Positions 30,058-39,763 of a stretch of DNA of 64,000 nucleotides are shown piece after piece. The stretch comes from Candidatus Methanomethylicia archaeon. Its GTDB lineage: Archaea > Thermoproteota > Methanomethylicia > Culexarchaeales > Culexarchaeaceae. A model generated the notes under the pieces. It had not been told where the DNA came from, made no database searches, and saw nothing but the letters and a program-made list of their open reading frames with translations. Location of the stretch: NCBI GenBank assembly GCA_038727515.1, contig JAVYVS010000001.1, positions 1-64,000 of the forward strand. Reading direction: 5' to 3'. The translations under genes and the position numbers were made by a program. Every line of letters starts with the position of its first letter. Within the stretch, counting starts at the first letter, position 1.

Positions 30058-32516
30058 TAATTATTAATGGTATTAAAATTAAGAATTTCCTTTCACATGA
30101 AGATACTGATATCAATTTTCCATCTGGTGTAACTGTTATTGTAGGTCCAAATGGATCTGGGAAAACTGCAATAATGGATGCTATAATGCATTCACTATTA
30201 GGTTTTAGGGGTGTTCGTGGAAGGGCTAGTGCAGATGAGCTTATTAGATTTGGAGCTAAATTCATGGAGTTGGAATTAGATTTCGAAGCTGATGGTAAAG
30301 AGTATAGTTTAAATTGGCGTAGAGAAAGGGGTAGAGAGGCTAATGCTAGACTCTACTGTAAACAAATTGGTTTAATAACTGATTCCGCTACTAAAACCGT
30401 TCAAGAAGTTATTAAAATTATGGATGTGGATAAGGATACATTAATGAATTCAATTTTTATAAGACAAGGTGAAATTACAAGTTTAATTGAAGAAGATCCT
30501 AGTGAAAGGAAGAGGATTGTTGGTAGAATTTTGGGTTTAGATAGATTTCAAAAGGTATATGAAAAGATGCTTGAAATTAAAAGATTTATCGAAGATAGGA
30601 AGCGTGAATACAATAGTAAAATTAATGTAATTAATGGTGCCATTAACAATTTAATTAATACTATAAACGTGGTTAATGAGAGGATATCTAATAATCAAAT
30701 TAGATTGAATAATATGGAAATTGAGATTAAAGGTTTAGAGGAAGAGTTAAAGCGAATTCTTGTAGAGAAGGAGATTATGGATTCCATGCAAATTAAGTAT
30801 AATGAATTACGTAATATTAAAAGTGAAATTGAAGGTAGATTGAATAATATCAACAAAAACATTTCCAATACTGAATCTGAATTGAAATCATGTTTAAATG
30901 CAAAGAAAGAGTTGGAATCCATGGACAAAATTTTTTCACGTATACCCTTGCTTGAAAAGCTTATAGAGGTTTCAAATGAAATTGAAAAGTTAAAGTTATC
31001 ATTAAAAAGCTTAGACGAACATTTTAAAGTTTTAAATGAATTGGAGAATTTAGAGAAACAACTCAACGATTTGATAAAGGATGTATCTAAACATCTAGTT
31101 AAACCCACTAAACAAGAACTTAATTATCAAATAAACTCTTTTAGAGAGAAATTAAATGATATTCAAAGTAAGATTCAGAGAAAATCTAGTGAGAGAGATG
31201 AACGTATTGGTAGAATTGAAAACTTGAAACATAACATTGAAACTATTGATCAATTGGATATCTGCCCAGTATGTAAAACTAGATTATCCCCACAACATAA
31301 AGAGCATGTGAGAGAAGAAATTTCCATGGAGATAAATAAGTTAGAGAATGAAATTAAGGTTATTGAAGAAGAGATTTCTATTATGAGTAAAGAGAAGGAT
31401 GAGATTGAAAGGATGAAATCAATTTTGGAAGTAGAATGCTCTGAAAAGTTGGGTAAAATTGATTTCATAATGAATTTAACCATCAACAAGAGGAGGGATC
31501 TATTAAATAGAATTCCAGAATTGAAGAATTTGGAATTTAAAATTGAAGATGCAAAGAAGCTTCTAAATGATAGATATAAAGAGCTTAATGATGTAAAAGG
31601 AAAGTATGAGTTTGAAATGGATAATATAATTAAGAGTTTAGGGTATAATCCTATAAATCCAAAGAAAGAGCTTGAAGATTTAAGATTGAAAAAAGAAGAG
31701 CTGCATAGTAAAGCTGAGAAATATAACATATTAATGGAGCATCTTAACAATTTAATTTCCGAGCGAAATAAGCTTATGGATGAACTCTATAAAATATCAA
31801 AGTCTATAGATGAATTAGGTTATAGCGTTGAAAAACATGAGGAAATTAATCGAAAATATCAATTAACTTCAAACGAACTCTCCAAATTAAAAGGTACACT
31901 TTCTGAAGTTAAACGTTCACTGGAAAATGATAAACAACTTTTATCACAATTGAATATTGAAATTGAACGTAAAAATAAAGATTTAAAGGAAATTGAAACA
32001 TGTTTAAATAAGGTTGATAATGCTATTAGAGTTATTGAAATTATTCGTAAAGCATATTCTAGTGATGGAATTCAAAAACTCTTTAGACAGAGGGTTGCAC
32101 CATTAATTTCCCAGCTTGCAACTAATTATATTGATCAATTCAATTTAGATATTACTGGAATCTCCATGGATGAAGATTTAGATGTTAAAGTTTCTAGAGG
32201 CGGAGACTTCATGCCACTAGAACTTCTTAGTGGTGGAGAAAAAGTTGCTGTAGCTGTAGCTTTAAGACTTGCATTAGCGAGAGCACTAGCTGAAAGATTT
32301 TCAATAGTGATAATGGATGAACCAACAATACATCTTGATGAAGAAAGAAGGAGAGTTTTAGTAAATGTATTCAAGAATTTTAGAGAATCAACTATAACGC
32401 AGCAAATGATCATAATAACACATGATAGAGAACTTGAAGATGTTGCTGATACAGTTTTTCAAGTGGAAAAAGTTAATGGTGTATCAAAAGTTAAAGAAGT
32501 TTCTCTTAAAAATTAG
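30054..32516 (+). CDS. rad50: Rad50 ATPase
   Basis: GPNGSGKT, coiled coil with CPVC zinc hook, LSGGE, DEPT and THD. Confidence 0.97.
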   Translation: MIIINGIKIKNFLSHEDTDINFPSGVTVIVGPNGSGKTAIMDAIMHSLLGFRGVRGRASADELIRFGAKFMELELDFEADGKEYSLNWRRERGREANARLYCKQIGLITDSATKTVQEVIKIMDVDKDTLMNSIFIRQGEITSLIEEDPSERKRIVGRILGLDRFQKVYEKMLEIKRFIEDRKREYNSKINVINGAINNLINTINVVNERISNNQIRLNNMEIEIKGLEEELKRILVEKEIMDSMQIKYNELRNIKSEIEGRLNNINKNISNTESELKSCLNAKKELESMDKIFSRIPLLEKLIEVSNEIEKLKLSLKSLDEHFKVLNELENLEKQLNDLIKDVSKHLVKPTKQELNYQINSFREKLNDIQSKIQRKSSERDERIGRIENLKHNIETIDQLDICPVCKTRLSPQHKEHVREEISMEINKLENEIKVIEEEISIMSKEKDEIERMKSILEVECSEKLGKIDFIMNLTINKRRDLLNRIPELKNLEFKIEDAKKLLNDRYKELNDVKGKYEFEMDNIIKSLGYNPINPKKELEDLRLKKEELHSKAEKYNILMEHLNNLISERNKLMDELYKISKSIDELGYSVEKHEEINRKYQLTSNELSKLKGTLSEVKRSLENDKQLLSQLNIEIERKNKDLKEIETCLNKVDNAIRVIEIIRKAYSSDGIQKLFRQRVAPLISQLATNYIDQFNLDITGISMDEDLDVKVSRGGDFMPLELLSGGEKVAVAVALRLALARALAERFSIVIMDEPTIHLDEERRRVLVNVFKNFRESTITQQMIIITHDRELEDVADTVFQVEKVNGVSKVKEVSLKN

Positions 32517-32532
32517 AATATTCTGAGATTGT

Positions 32533-33051
32533 TCATGGTAGTATCTTAAATATGTAACTTGCCTTTGTTACTTCTAAAACTTCCAATTTTAATTCCAACG
32601 CTGATTCCAACAATATTTTAACCATATCTGCCGGTAATACTGAGTATGTTACTTCTATAATATCCCTTTGGCAAGTGAATTTTCCAATTCCATGTAACGT
32701 TAATAATTCAAGTATTTTCTCTCTATGCCCTGGATTTTTTGGATCTAAATTAAAGAATCTTATTCTAGGTTTTAAACATGATATTATACTTTCAATAGCT
32801 TCTTTTCTTGTATCTTCAGGTACTAATTTTATCAATGATGGAATTACATCTGATGGTATTAATGTAACTCTACATGGATGTATATAGAATATACCTCTAT
32901 TCACATCCCATTCATCCATAGTGTATGTTACTGCCAATTTCAAGCAGTAGTTTATAAATTCCTTTAAATGTTTAAATCTACCCCTCTTAATTGATACATT
33001 AATATAGTTTAAGATATCATCCTCTATTTCAACTGTTGTTACCTTACCCAT
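32533..33051 (-). CDS. Ribbon-helix-helix protein with C-terminal alpha/beta (possibly V4R-like) domain
   Basis: N-terminal VTTVEIEDDILNYINVSIKRGRFKHLKEFINYCL is CopG/RHH-like; the C-domain call is tentative. Confidence 0.6.
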   Translation of the reverse strand: MGKVTTVEIEDDILNYINVSIKRGRFKHLKEFINYCLKLAVTYTMDEWDVNRGIFYIHPCRVTLIPSDVIPSLIKLVPEDTRKEAIESIISCLKPRIRFFNLDPKNPGHREKILELLTLHGIGKFTCQRDIIEVTYSVLPADMVKILLESALELKLEVLEVTKASYIFKILP

Positions 33052-33182
33052 AAATCATCTCAATAATATACATATCAATTTATTCTAATATAATATTTTC
33101 TATTAATTTCAATATTTTAAAATATTCTATAATAATAAAGTTTATATATCTATATTATTCTGGAATATTTTGGGAGAATATC

Positions 33183-34340
33183 ATGTTATTAAAGCCTCAA
33201 TATATTTCAATGATATTTGATGATTACTCAATTCCAGATTTCATAGTCTATTACTATATATTACTCTACGCTCTTTTCTCATTATACATAATACTACTGT
33301 ACATTAATCATAGAAACGATCGTATCAGTTATGTTTATGATTATAATGGAAATGGTTATGATGGTAATGGTGATGGAAATGGAGGTATCCTCCATACCAA
33401 TTTTATTACTACAACATTTAATCTCGATTATAGTGCAACTTTTTCTATTCGTAATTGGATGATAAATCCATTTAAGAAAATTGTTTATTCTTATGGTAAT
33501 TCAGAATATCATGGTATAGATCCTACATATTATTTCACTTTATTCTTTGCATTGATTTTTGGTGTTATGTTTGCTGATGTAGGTCATGGTTCACTACTTA
33601 TGATGGCTGGATTAGCAACATTATTCATTAATGGGAGAGTTAAAGGAATTCTAAGTTATGTTGTAGATAATGGTGGAGTTTTATTCCTATGTGGTTTAAC
33701 TTCAACTATTATTGGATTCTTATTTGGAGAATTTTATGGTTATCATTTAAGTATCTTTCCATTTAAATTCACTATACCCATTATACATGTTGAATTCCCC
33801 ATTTCTCCCATTGATAATTTGATGGCTATGATTAAAGTTTGCATATTGATTTCAGCTATACACTTATCTTCAGGTATGATTATAGACTTAGTAAATAAAG
33901 TTAGAGATGGAGATTATTTAAAGGCTTTTTCATATTCACTTTGTAGATTATGGTTTTACATTGGATTTATAATATCTATTTTCATGAATAAATTGGATAT
34001 CTATGCGTGGATCTTTAATCCATTAACAACATATTGTATAATAACTCCATTAATATTGATGTGGATCTTTGGATCTTTAGCCAGTGATCCTGTAGATGCC
34101 ATTGTATACACCTTTGAAAATACTGTTTCCTCACTTAGCAATACTGTTTCATACCTAAGGTTAATGGCACTTGCACTTGTACATTCATTATTGAGTAAAA
34201 TATTCATTAACTTATCAAATGGAAATATCCTTATCCTAGCTGTTGGAAGTATGGTTATATTGATACTTGAAGGGCTGGTTGTATTTATACATACAGTAAG
34301 GTTAATGTGGGTTGAATGGTTTTCAAAATTCATGGAGTAA
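33183..34340 (+). CDS. Orphan A/V-type ATPase subunit I (a) homolog, membrane domain only
   Basis: IDPT, FGVMFADVGHG, GFLFGEFYG, SNTVSYLRLMALALVH and IHTVRLMWVEWFSKF; no large N-terminal soluble domain and no other atp genes nearby. Confidence 0.88.
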   Translation: MLLKPQYISMIFDDYSIPDFIVYYYILLYALFSLYIILLYINHRNDRISYVYDYNGNGYDGNGDGNGGILHTNFITTTFNLDYSATFSIRNWMINPFKKIVYSYGNSEYHGIDPTYYFTLFFALIFGVMFADVGHGSLLMMAGLATLFINGRVKGILSYVVDNGGVLFLCGLTSTIIGFLFGEFYGYHLSIFPFKFTIPIIHVEFPISPIDNLMAMIKVCILISAIHLSSGMIIDLVNKVRDGDYLKAFSYSLCRLWFYIGFIISIFMNKLDIYAWIFNPLTTYCIITPLILMWIFGSLASDPVDAIVYTFENTVSSLSNTVSYLRLMALALVHSLLSKIFINLSNGNILILAVGSMVILILEGLVVFIHTVRLMWVEWFSKFME

Positions 34341-34813
34341 GCCAAAATACATCCTATTATTTTTACAATTAACTCACATTGGATTTTAAAGATTGGTAGA
34401 AATTGTATTTAAGATGGAAAAAAGGTATGGTTTATTATACAAAGAGATTCAGAAGCTATTATCCCCCCTTTTAAATCTGATTTTTCACAGTACTATTTAA
34501 CTAAATAGAGAACTTTTCCATGTTTATTTCACCCAATACTCAAAAATTTAACTTTTCTTCAATACTCATAAACTATTTACCTCATATAGCTTAATGCAAT
34601 TTAGACTTTATAATTCTATAACTTGATGGATGAGAGAAAAGTTTTTATCCACCATTTAAATTTAAAGATTCTTCACTCAAAGTTTATGGATTATTTATGT
34701 GATTATGAATTTGTAGTGATTAATTCGAAGATTTTCAAACCTTTTTGTGATTTGGTCATGTTTGAACGTAACTTCTTTATTTTTATTTTGGATAGTATTT
34801 TTGGTGTTGGTTT

Positions 34814-36676
34814 ATGGTTAGAAAGTTTTGTGTTGATGATATTTTGAGGCTTATATCTATTGGTGATGTTAGGGTTTCATGTAGAGGTGATGTTGCTTTT
34901 ACAATTTCTAGAAATGATCTTGATAAGAATAAAGTTTCCAGTGAGGTTCACATTGTTAGGAGTGATGGCGGGAAAGTTTTCTTGGTTGGTGAAGGTGATT
35001 CTAGGCCTAGGTGGAGTCCTTCTGGTGATCTACTTGCATTTATTAGTAGACGTGGGGCTTCTGAAGGTGAGAAGGGTTCTGGAATCTTTGTTTGGAGTGG
35101 TTTGGGTGATGCTAGGAGGGTTGCATGGTTTAAGTATGGTGTTATAGCCTTTGACTGGTTTAACAATTCATCTATTGTTGTTGTTTCTCCAACTCCTATT
35201 GAGGGTGTTTATGATGTTGATGAAGATTTTATGGTTACAGATAAACTTCCATTTTGGTATGATGGTATTGGTTTTTTAGCTGGGTTGAAGTATTCTCTTT
35301 CAATTGTTGATGTTGATTCTGGTTATGTTAAAGTTGTTACTGAAGATCTTGAACGTATTACAGATTTAGCTGTTTACGGGGATTTTGTATATTATGTTGC
35401 TGTCGATGACTGGAGGAATCCAACCTTAAATAAGCTTGTTGAAGTTGATGTTAAAACTGGTGGTAAGAGAGATGTGCTTAGGGGTTATAGTATTTCCTCC
35501 ATTAAATTTGTTAATGGGAAGTTGTACGCTTTAATGCATAAACATGAGATTGGGATTTCCAGTCATAATAAACTGTGGGTTATTGATGATGGTAAACCTT
35601 CATGTTTAACTTCTAAGGTTCTTGATAGGAACATTTACTCTATAGTTGGTTCTATTGATGATAATTTAGCATTTATATATGGTGATTCTGGAAGTTCTAT
35701 ACTTGCTACAATTGATGATCATGGTTTTATTAGGAAGATTGTGGGTGATGGTGGATATGTACATTTAGCTCATTCCGAATCTAATAGGTTGGCTTATGTT
35801 TATTCAACTTCAATTAAACCTCAAGAGGTATATTTATACTCTGATGGTAAGCATAAACTGTTATCTAGATTTAATGAATGGCTTTTGAGTGAAGTTAAAT
35901 TTTATGAGCCTATTCGTGAAGTTATTAATGTTGATGGTGAAATTATTGAAGGTTGGGTCATTATTCCAGAAGGTTCTGGTTTACATCCATCAATACTATA
36001 TATTCATGGTGGACCTAAGGGAATGTATGGTTATAGATTTGAACCTGAAATGCAATTAATGGCTTCAGAAGGTTTTGCGATTATATATTGTAATCCACGT
36101 GGTAGTGATGGTTATAGTGAAGAATTCGCTGATATTAGAGGTAGATATGGAGTTGTAGATTATAAGCAGATAATGTCATTTCTAGACCATGTACTATCTA
36201 AATATCCAATAGATCCAAATAAACTTGCAGTAACAGGGATAAGTTATGGAGGTTATATGACCAATGTTATTGTAACTAAAACTAATAGGTTTAAAGCCGC
36301 TGTTAGTGAAAATGGGATTGCAGATTGGATTTGTGATTTCTGGGCAAGTGATATTGGATACTGGTTTGATCCAGATCAAATAATTGGTACACCACAAGAT
36401 AATTTAAATCAATATATTGATAAGAGTCCAGTTTTCCATGTGGATTCCATTGAAACACCAATGCTATTTATCCATAGCATGCAAGATTATAGATGCTTTA
36501 TAGATCAATCATTGGCAATGCATGTATCACTATTAATGAGGGGGAAAGAATCAAAGTTGATAGTTTTCACTAAGGGTAGTCATGGACATAGTATGAGAGC
36601 TGAACCAAGGCATAGAAGGAAACGATATCAAATAAAGATACAATGGATTAAAGATAAATTGGGATTGAAATCATAA
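34814..36676 (+). CDS. S9 family (acylaminoacyl/prolyl oligo) peptidase
   Basis: PRWSPSG propeller repeat, IHGGP, NPRGS, GISYGG, DYRC and SHG. Confidence 0.95.
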   Translation: MVRKFCVDDILRLISIGDVRVSCRGDVAFTISRNDLDKNKVSSEVHIVRSDGGKVFLVGEGDSRPRWSPSGDLLAFISRRGASEGEKGSGIFVWSGLGDARRVAWFKYGVIAFDWFNNSSIVVVSPTPIEGVYDVDEDFMVTDKLPFWYDGIGFLAGLKYSLSIVDVDSGYVKVVTEDLERITDLAVYGDFVYYVAVDDWRNPTLNKLVEVDVKTGGKRDVLRGYSISSIKFVNGKLYALMHKHEIGISSHNKLWVIDDGKPSCLTSKVLDRNIYSIVGSIDDNLAFIYGDSGSSILATIDDHGFIRKIVGDGGYVHLAHSESNRLAYVYSTSIKPQEVYLYSDGKHKLLSRFNEWLLSEVKFYEPIREVINVDGEIIEGWVIIPEGSGLHPSILYIHGGPKGMYGYRFEPEMQLMASEGFAIIYCNPRGSDGYSEEFADIRGRYGVVDYKQIMSFLDHVLSKYPIDPNKLAVTGISYGGYMTNVIVTKTNRFKAAVSENGIADWICDFWASDIGYWFDPDQIIGTPQDNLNQYIDKSPVFHVDSIETPMLFIHSMQDYRCFIDQSLAMHVSLLMRGKESKLIVFTKGSHGHSMRAEPRHRRKRYQIKIQWIKDKLGLKS

Positions 36677-36718
36677 ATTTTAAATCTAAATATAATACAT
36701 AAATTATTCAATTCATTT

Positions 36719-37063
36719 CTAGTATTTGGTATATTTTGTAAGTATAAACATTATAATTGGTAATATTACGAGTAATATTAACATGATCATTAGCAATAAA
36801 CTTCTAGTTGATAGATATCCATGAATAGTAATTGCTATACCTATTATCAATATACCTATATCCATAAGCTTTCTTGCACCATGCTCCATTGGAATATACT
36901 TTATGGATGTTATGGCAATTCCAGTTAATAAGAATAGAACTCCAACAATCATTAAAGTAATGTTATTATCTACATAACCACCTACAAACATAAATATACC
37001 TATAATAAAATGTATAATACCAACCTTCCAATTCTCTCTTTTCACGTTTAACAGTCTTTTCAT
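36719..37063 (-). CDS. Small 4-TM membrane protein
   Basis: 114 aa with four hydrophobic segments. Confidence 0.65.
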   Translation of the reverse strand: MKRLLNVKRENWKVGIIHFIIGIFMFVGGYVDNNITLMIVGVLFLLTGIAITSIKYIPMEHGARKLMDIGILIIGIAITIHGYLSTRSLLLMIMLILLVILPIIMFILTKYTKY

Positions 37064-37221
37064 TTAAGATTTAAACGTTTCTTAAATTCTAATTCACCTC
37101 CAATTAGATTCAATGCTTCCCTTAAGTTTAAAACCATCATAATCAAATTCAATAAGCATCTAACGTCATTCTTTCATAAATCTTCTATACATATAATTGA
37201 TAACTTATCTAATTTAGGAAC

Positions 37222-37674
37222 TTAAATCAATTTTTTCTTCTCTATTTCACTTATCTTATTTATCCTTCTTTGATGCCTATTCCCCTCAAACTTTTCATTT
37301 AACCATAATTTAATCCATTTTACAGAGCTCTCAACTTTCATGGTTCTTCCACCTAAACATATTACATTTGCATTATTATGTCTCTTAGCGAGTATTGCTG
37401 TCTCATCAGAATATACTAGTGCTGCTCTCACACCTGGAAATTTATTTGCAACTATACTCATACCAATTCCAGTTCCACATATTAGAATTCCATAGTCTAC
37501 TTCCCCTTTAACAATAAATTCACAAGCTTTCTCAGCTATATCAGGATAATCAACAGGTTCTTCATTATAAGTGCCAACATCAATAAACTCCAATTCCCCT
37601 TTAAGCATATTTAATATCTCATTTTTAAGTTTAAATCCTGCATGATCACATCCAATAACTATCTTCATCTTCAT
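37222..37674 (-). CDS. rpiB: Ribose-5-phosphate isomerase B
   Basis: GCDHAG, VDYPD, ICGTGIG, HNNAN and RHQRR; start moved to MKMK at 37674. Confidence 0.95.
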   Translation of the reverse strand: MKMKIVIGCDHAGFKLKNEILNMLKGELEFIDVGTYNEEPVDYPDIAEKACEFIVKGEVDYGILICGTGIGMSIVANKFPGVRAALVYSDETAILAKRHNNANVICLGGRTMKVESSVKWIKLWLNEKFEGNRHQRRINKISEIEKKKLI

Positions 37675-37756
37675 CCCACTTTCATCTTTAATAAATTTCA
37701 ATATAAGTATACTCATTTTCAAGCAACTTTTAAATATTGAGCATCGCATTGATTTA

Positions 37757-38383
37757 ATGGATATGAAAAAGAAATTGATAATTAAAGGTGAAAAAGTTCA
37801 AGATGTTGGATATAGACTTTTCCTCTTAGATGTGGCAGAAGAATTGGGTTTGAAAGGGTTTCAGGCTAGAAATGTAAAAGATTATGTTGAATTCATGATT
37901 GAAGGTGATGAAGATCAAGTTTTTAAATTCATCAATTTTGTTAAGGAAAATTTTCCTCCCTTTGCTAAAGTTAACTCTATAATATGTGAAGATTATACTG
38001 GTGAAGTATTATCAATTGATCGATTCTATCATAGGTTTAGTATAGATCAATTAGTAAAAATTGTAGACATAGGTTTAAATATGTTGAAGAAGCAAGATGA
38101 AATGTTAATTAAGCAAGATAAAATGTTGGAAAAGCAGGATTTAATGTTGGAAAAACAGGATAGAATGTTGGAAAAACAAGATAAAATGCTAATTAAGCAG
38201 AATGAGATGTTAATTAAACAGGATGATATGTTGAAAGGGCAAACTTCTATTTCTAGTAAACTTGATGATGTTGTAAAAGAAGTTAAAGGTCTTAGAGAAG
38301 ATTTAAAGAGTTTTGTTGAGGAGAGATTTAGTAAGATTGAGAGGGAAATAGCATTAATAAAGGCTAAAATAGGTTTAATTTGA
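37757..38383 (+). CDS. Acylphosphatase fused to heptad-repeat coiled coil
   Basis: GEKVQDVGYR...ARN acylphosphatase domain followed by (ML.KQD.)n repeats. Confidence 0.9.
   Translation: MDMKKKLIIKGEKVQDVGYRLFLLDVAEELGLKGFQARNVKDYVEFMIEGDEDQVFKFINFVKENFPPFAKVNSIICEDYTGEVLSIDRFYHRFSIDQLVKIVDIGLNMLKKQDEMLIKQDKMLEKQDLMLEKQDRMLEKQDKMLIKQNEMLIKQDDMLKGQTSISSKLDDVVKEVKGLREDLKSFVEERFSKIEREIALIKAKIGLI
38081..38242 (+). repeat. 21-bp tandem repeat (about 7.7 copies) encoding the ML(E/I/K)KQDx heptad
   Basis: Units such as ATGTTGGAAAAACAGGATAGA read directly. Confidence 0.9.
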
Positions 38384-38415
38384 TTTACTTTTCTTTGTTA
38401 AATTTTGGATTGTAA

Positions 38416-38604
38416 AGATTAATAGAGAATTATCTTGATTTAATAGGTTGGTTTTAGATACTTATTTATACTTGTTTATACGTATATATATGTGTGAGGA
38501 AGGTTAAATTAACTATAACTGTTGATGGTGAAATATTGAATTTAGCTAAAAGTGTTGCAGAGTCAAAGAATATTCCATTATCGAGATTAATAGAGAATTA
38601 TCTT
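38416..38604. repeat. 21-nt exact direct repeat AGATTAATAGAGAATTATCTT, one copy upstream of and one inside the RHH gene
   Basis: Copies at 38416-38436 and 38584-38604, each followed by (A)GATTT. Confidence 0.85.
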
Positions 38605-38808
38605 AGATTTCTTTCTAAACCTGAATTTTACTGTTTTAAGTGTGGTGGGAAGTTTAGTGCTGGTGAAGTTGAAGTATGTCCAAAGTGTGGTTGGATGATA
38701 TGTCCACATTGTAGTGCTTGTAGATGTATTTTGAGTGAAGAAACTGCTATAGCTGTTTATCATATGAGGAAGGTTTACGAAGATTTGCTTAGTGGTAGGA
38801 TTAAATAG
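38494..38808 (+). CDS. RHH (DUF6364/CopG-like) protein with Cys-rich zinc-finger domain
   Basis: KLTITVD...LSRLIENYL followed by CFKC, CPKC, CPHC and CRC. Confidence 0.85.
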   Translation: MRKVKLTITVDGEILNLAKSVAESKNIPLSRLIENYLRFLSKPEFYCFKCGGKFSAGEVEVCPKCGWMICPHCSACRCILSEETAIAVYHMRKVYEDLLSGRIK

Positions 38809-38822
38809 GTTGGTGATTTTAA

Positions 38823-39545
38823 ATGATGGTTTGGTTATATTGGATTATTGGTTTAACTATAGTGACATATGCTTCAGTTTGGATTGTAAAGAAGTTTCCA
38901 CAATATGGATTTGCTGCATTAACAGGTTTCTATGTAATTTATCTTGCTGCATCACAAGTTCTTGCAACTAGGATTATAACTTTTGATTTAGGTATATACT
39001 CATTCTATGCTCCAGCAGCAGTCTTCATATATCCATTCATAGCTCAAGTTATAGATATGATAAATGAAGTTTATGGTCGTAAGAGTACCCATATATCGAT
39101 AATTATAGCTTTTATAACACAGGTTTTATTGGTGGTTTTCATAGGTATGGTTAATACTTTAACTCCAGCACCATTCTTTCAATGGGAAGAAGCTTGGAGA
39201 TCATTATTCAGTTTAAGTGTTAGGATAACTATTGCTTCTTGGATTTCCTTTTTAATATGTTCAAATCTTGATGCAATAATATTTGCAAGCTTAAAACAAG
39301 CTTTCATAGATAGGGAAGAGAAATTTAAATATGATACTTCATTGAACCCATATGTTTGGCTTCGTTCTAGTGTGAGTGATGTAGTTGATTTAACTTTAGA
39401 TAGTGTAATATTTGTTACATTGGCATTTTATGGTGAAGCTCCAGTAATTCCATTGATAATAGGGCAGATCGTAAGTAAGAATATCGTTGGCTTTTTAGAT
39501 AATCCATGGTTTGTATGGTATAAAAGGTTAATTAGGAAATCTTAA
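38823..39545 (+). CDS. YhhQ/VUT family 7-deazaguanine (preQ0/preQ1) precursor transporter
   Basis: DMINEVYG, RITIAS and LRS...LDSVIFVTLAFYG motifs. Confidence 0.88.
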   Translation: MMVWLYWIIGLTIVTYASVWIVKKFPQYGFAALTGFYVIYLAASQVLATRIITFDLGIYSFYAPAAVFIYPFIAQVIDMINEVYGRKSTHISIIIAFITQVLLVVFIGMVNTLTPAPFFQWEEAWRSLFSLSVRITIASWISFLICSNLDAIIFASLKQAFIDREEKFKYDTSLNPYVWLRSSVSDVVDLTLDSVIFVTLAFYGEAPVIPLIIGQIVSKNIVGFLDNPWFVWYKRLIRKS

Positions 39546-39730
39546 TGGTGGTTTCATGATCATTATAGTATAATTTCTTCATAGTTAAATTTAAAACTAC
39601 TATGGAGTTCTCTATTCTACATAGTTATAATTTAAAGCTATTTCTCAACTTTATACAAGTTCCTCTACAAGAGTTGCTGGCATAATATTACATAAGCTTA
39701 TTAAAGAAATTTATATACATAAATTTTAAA

Positions 39731-39763
39731 AGTTAGGGGGGTAACTAGGTTAGGGGGGTAACT
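39731..39763. promoter_or_regulatory. Two tandem 16-bp boxes RGTTA-GGGGGG-TAACT abutting the ATPase start codon
   Basis: AGTTAGGGGGGTAACT at 39731-39746 and GGTTAGGGGGGTAACT at 39748-39763. Confidence 0.85.

Noticed and set aside
33111-33126. Perfect 16-bp palindrome AATATTTTAAAATATT between the RHH gene and the atpI-like gene
   Set aside because: Entirely A/T within a very AT-rich spacer, so chance occurrence is plausible
34341-34813. 470-bp gap and 74-aa ORF 34623-34847; possible lost atpI tail or small RNA
   Set aside because: No recognisable motif, no GC-rich structure and no C/D box pair found
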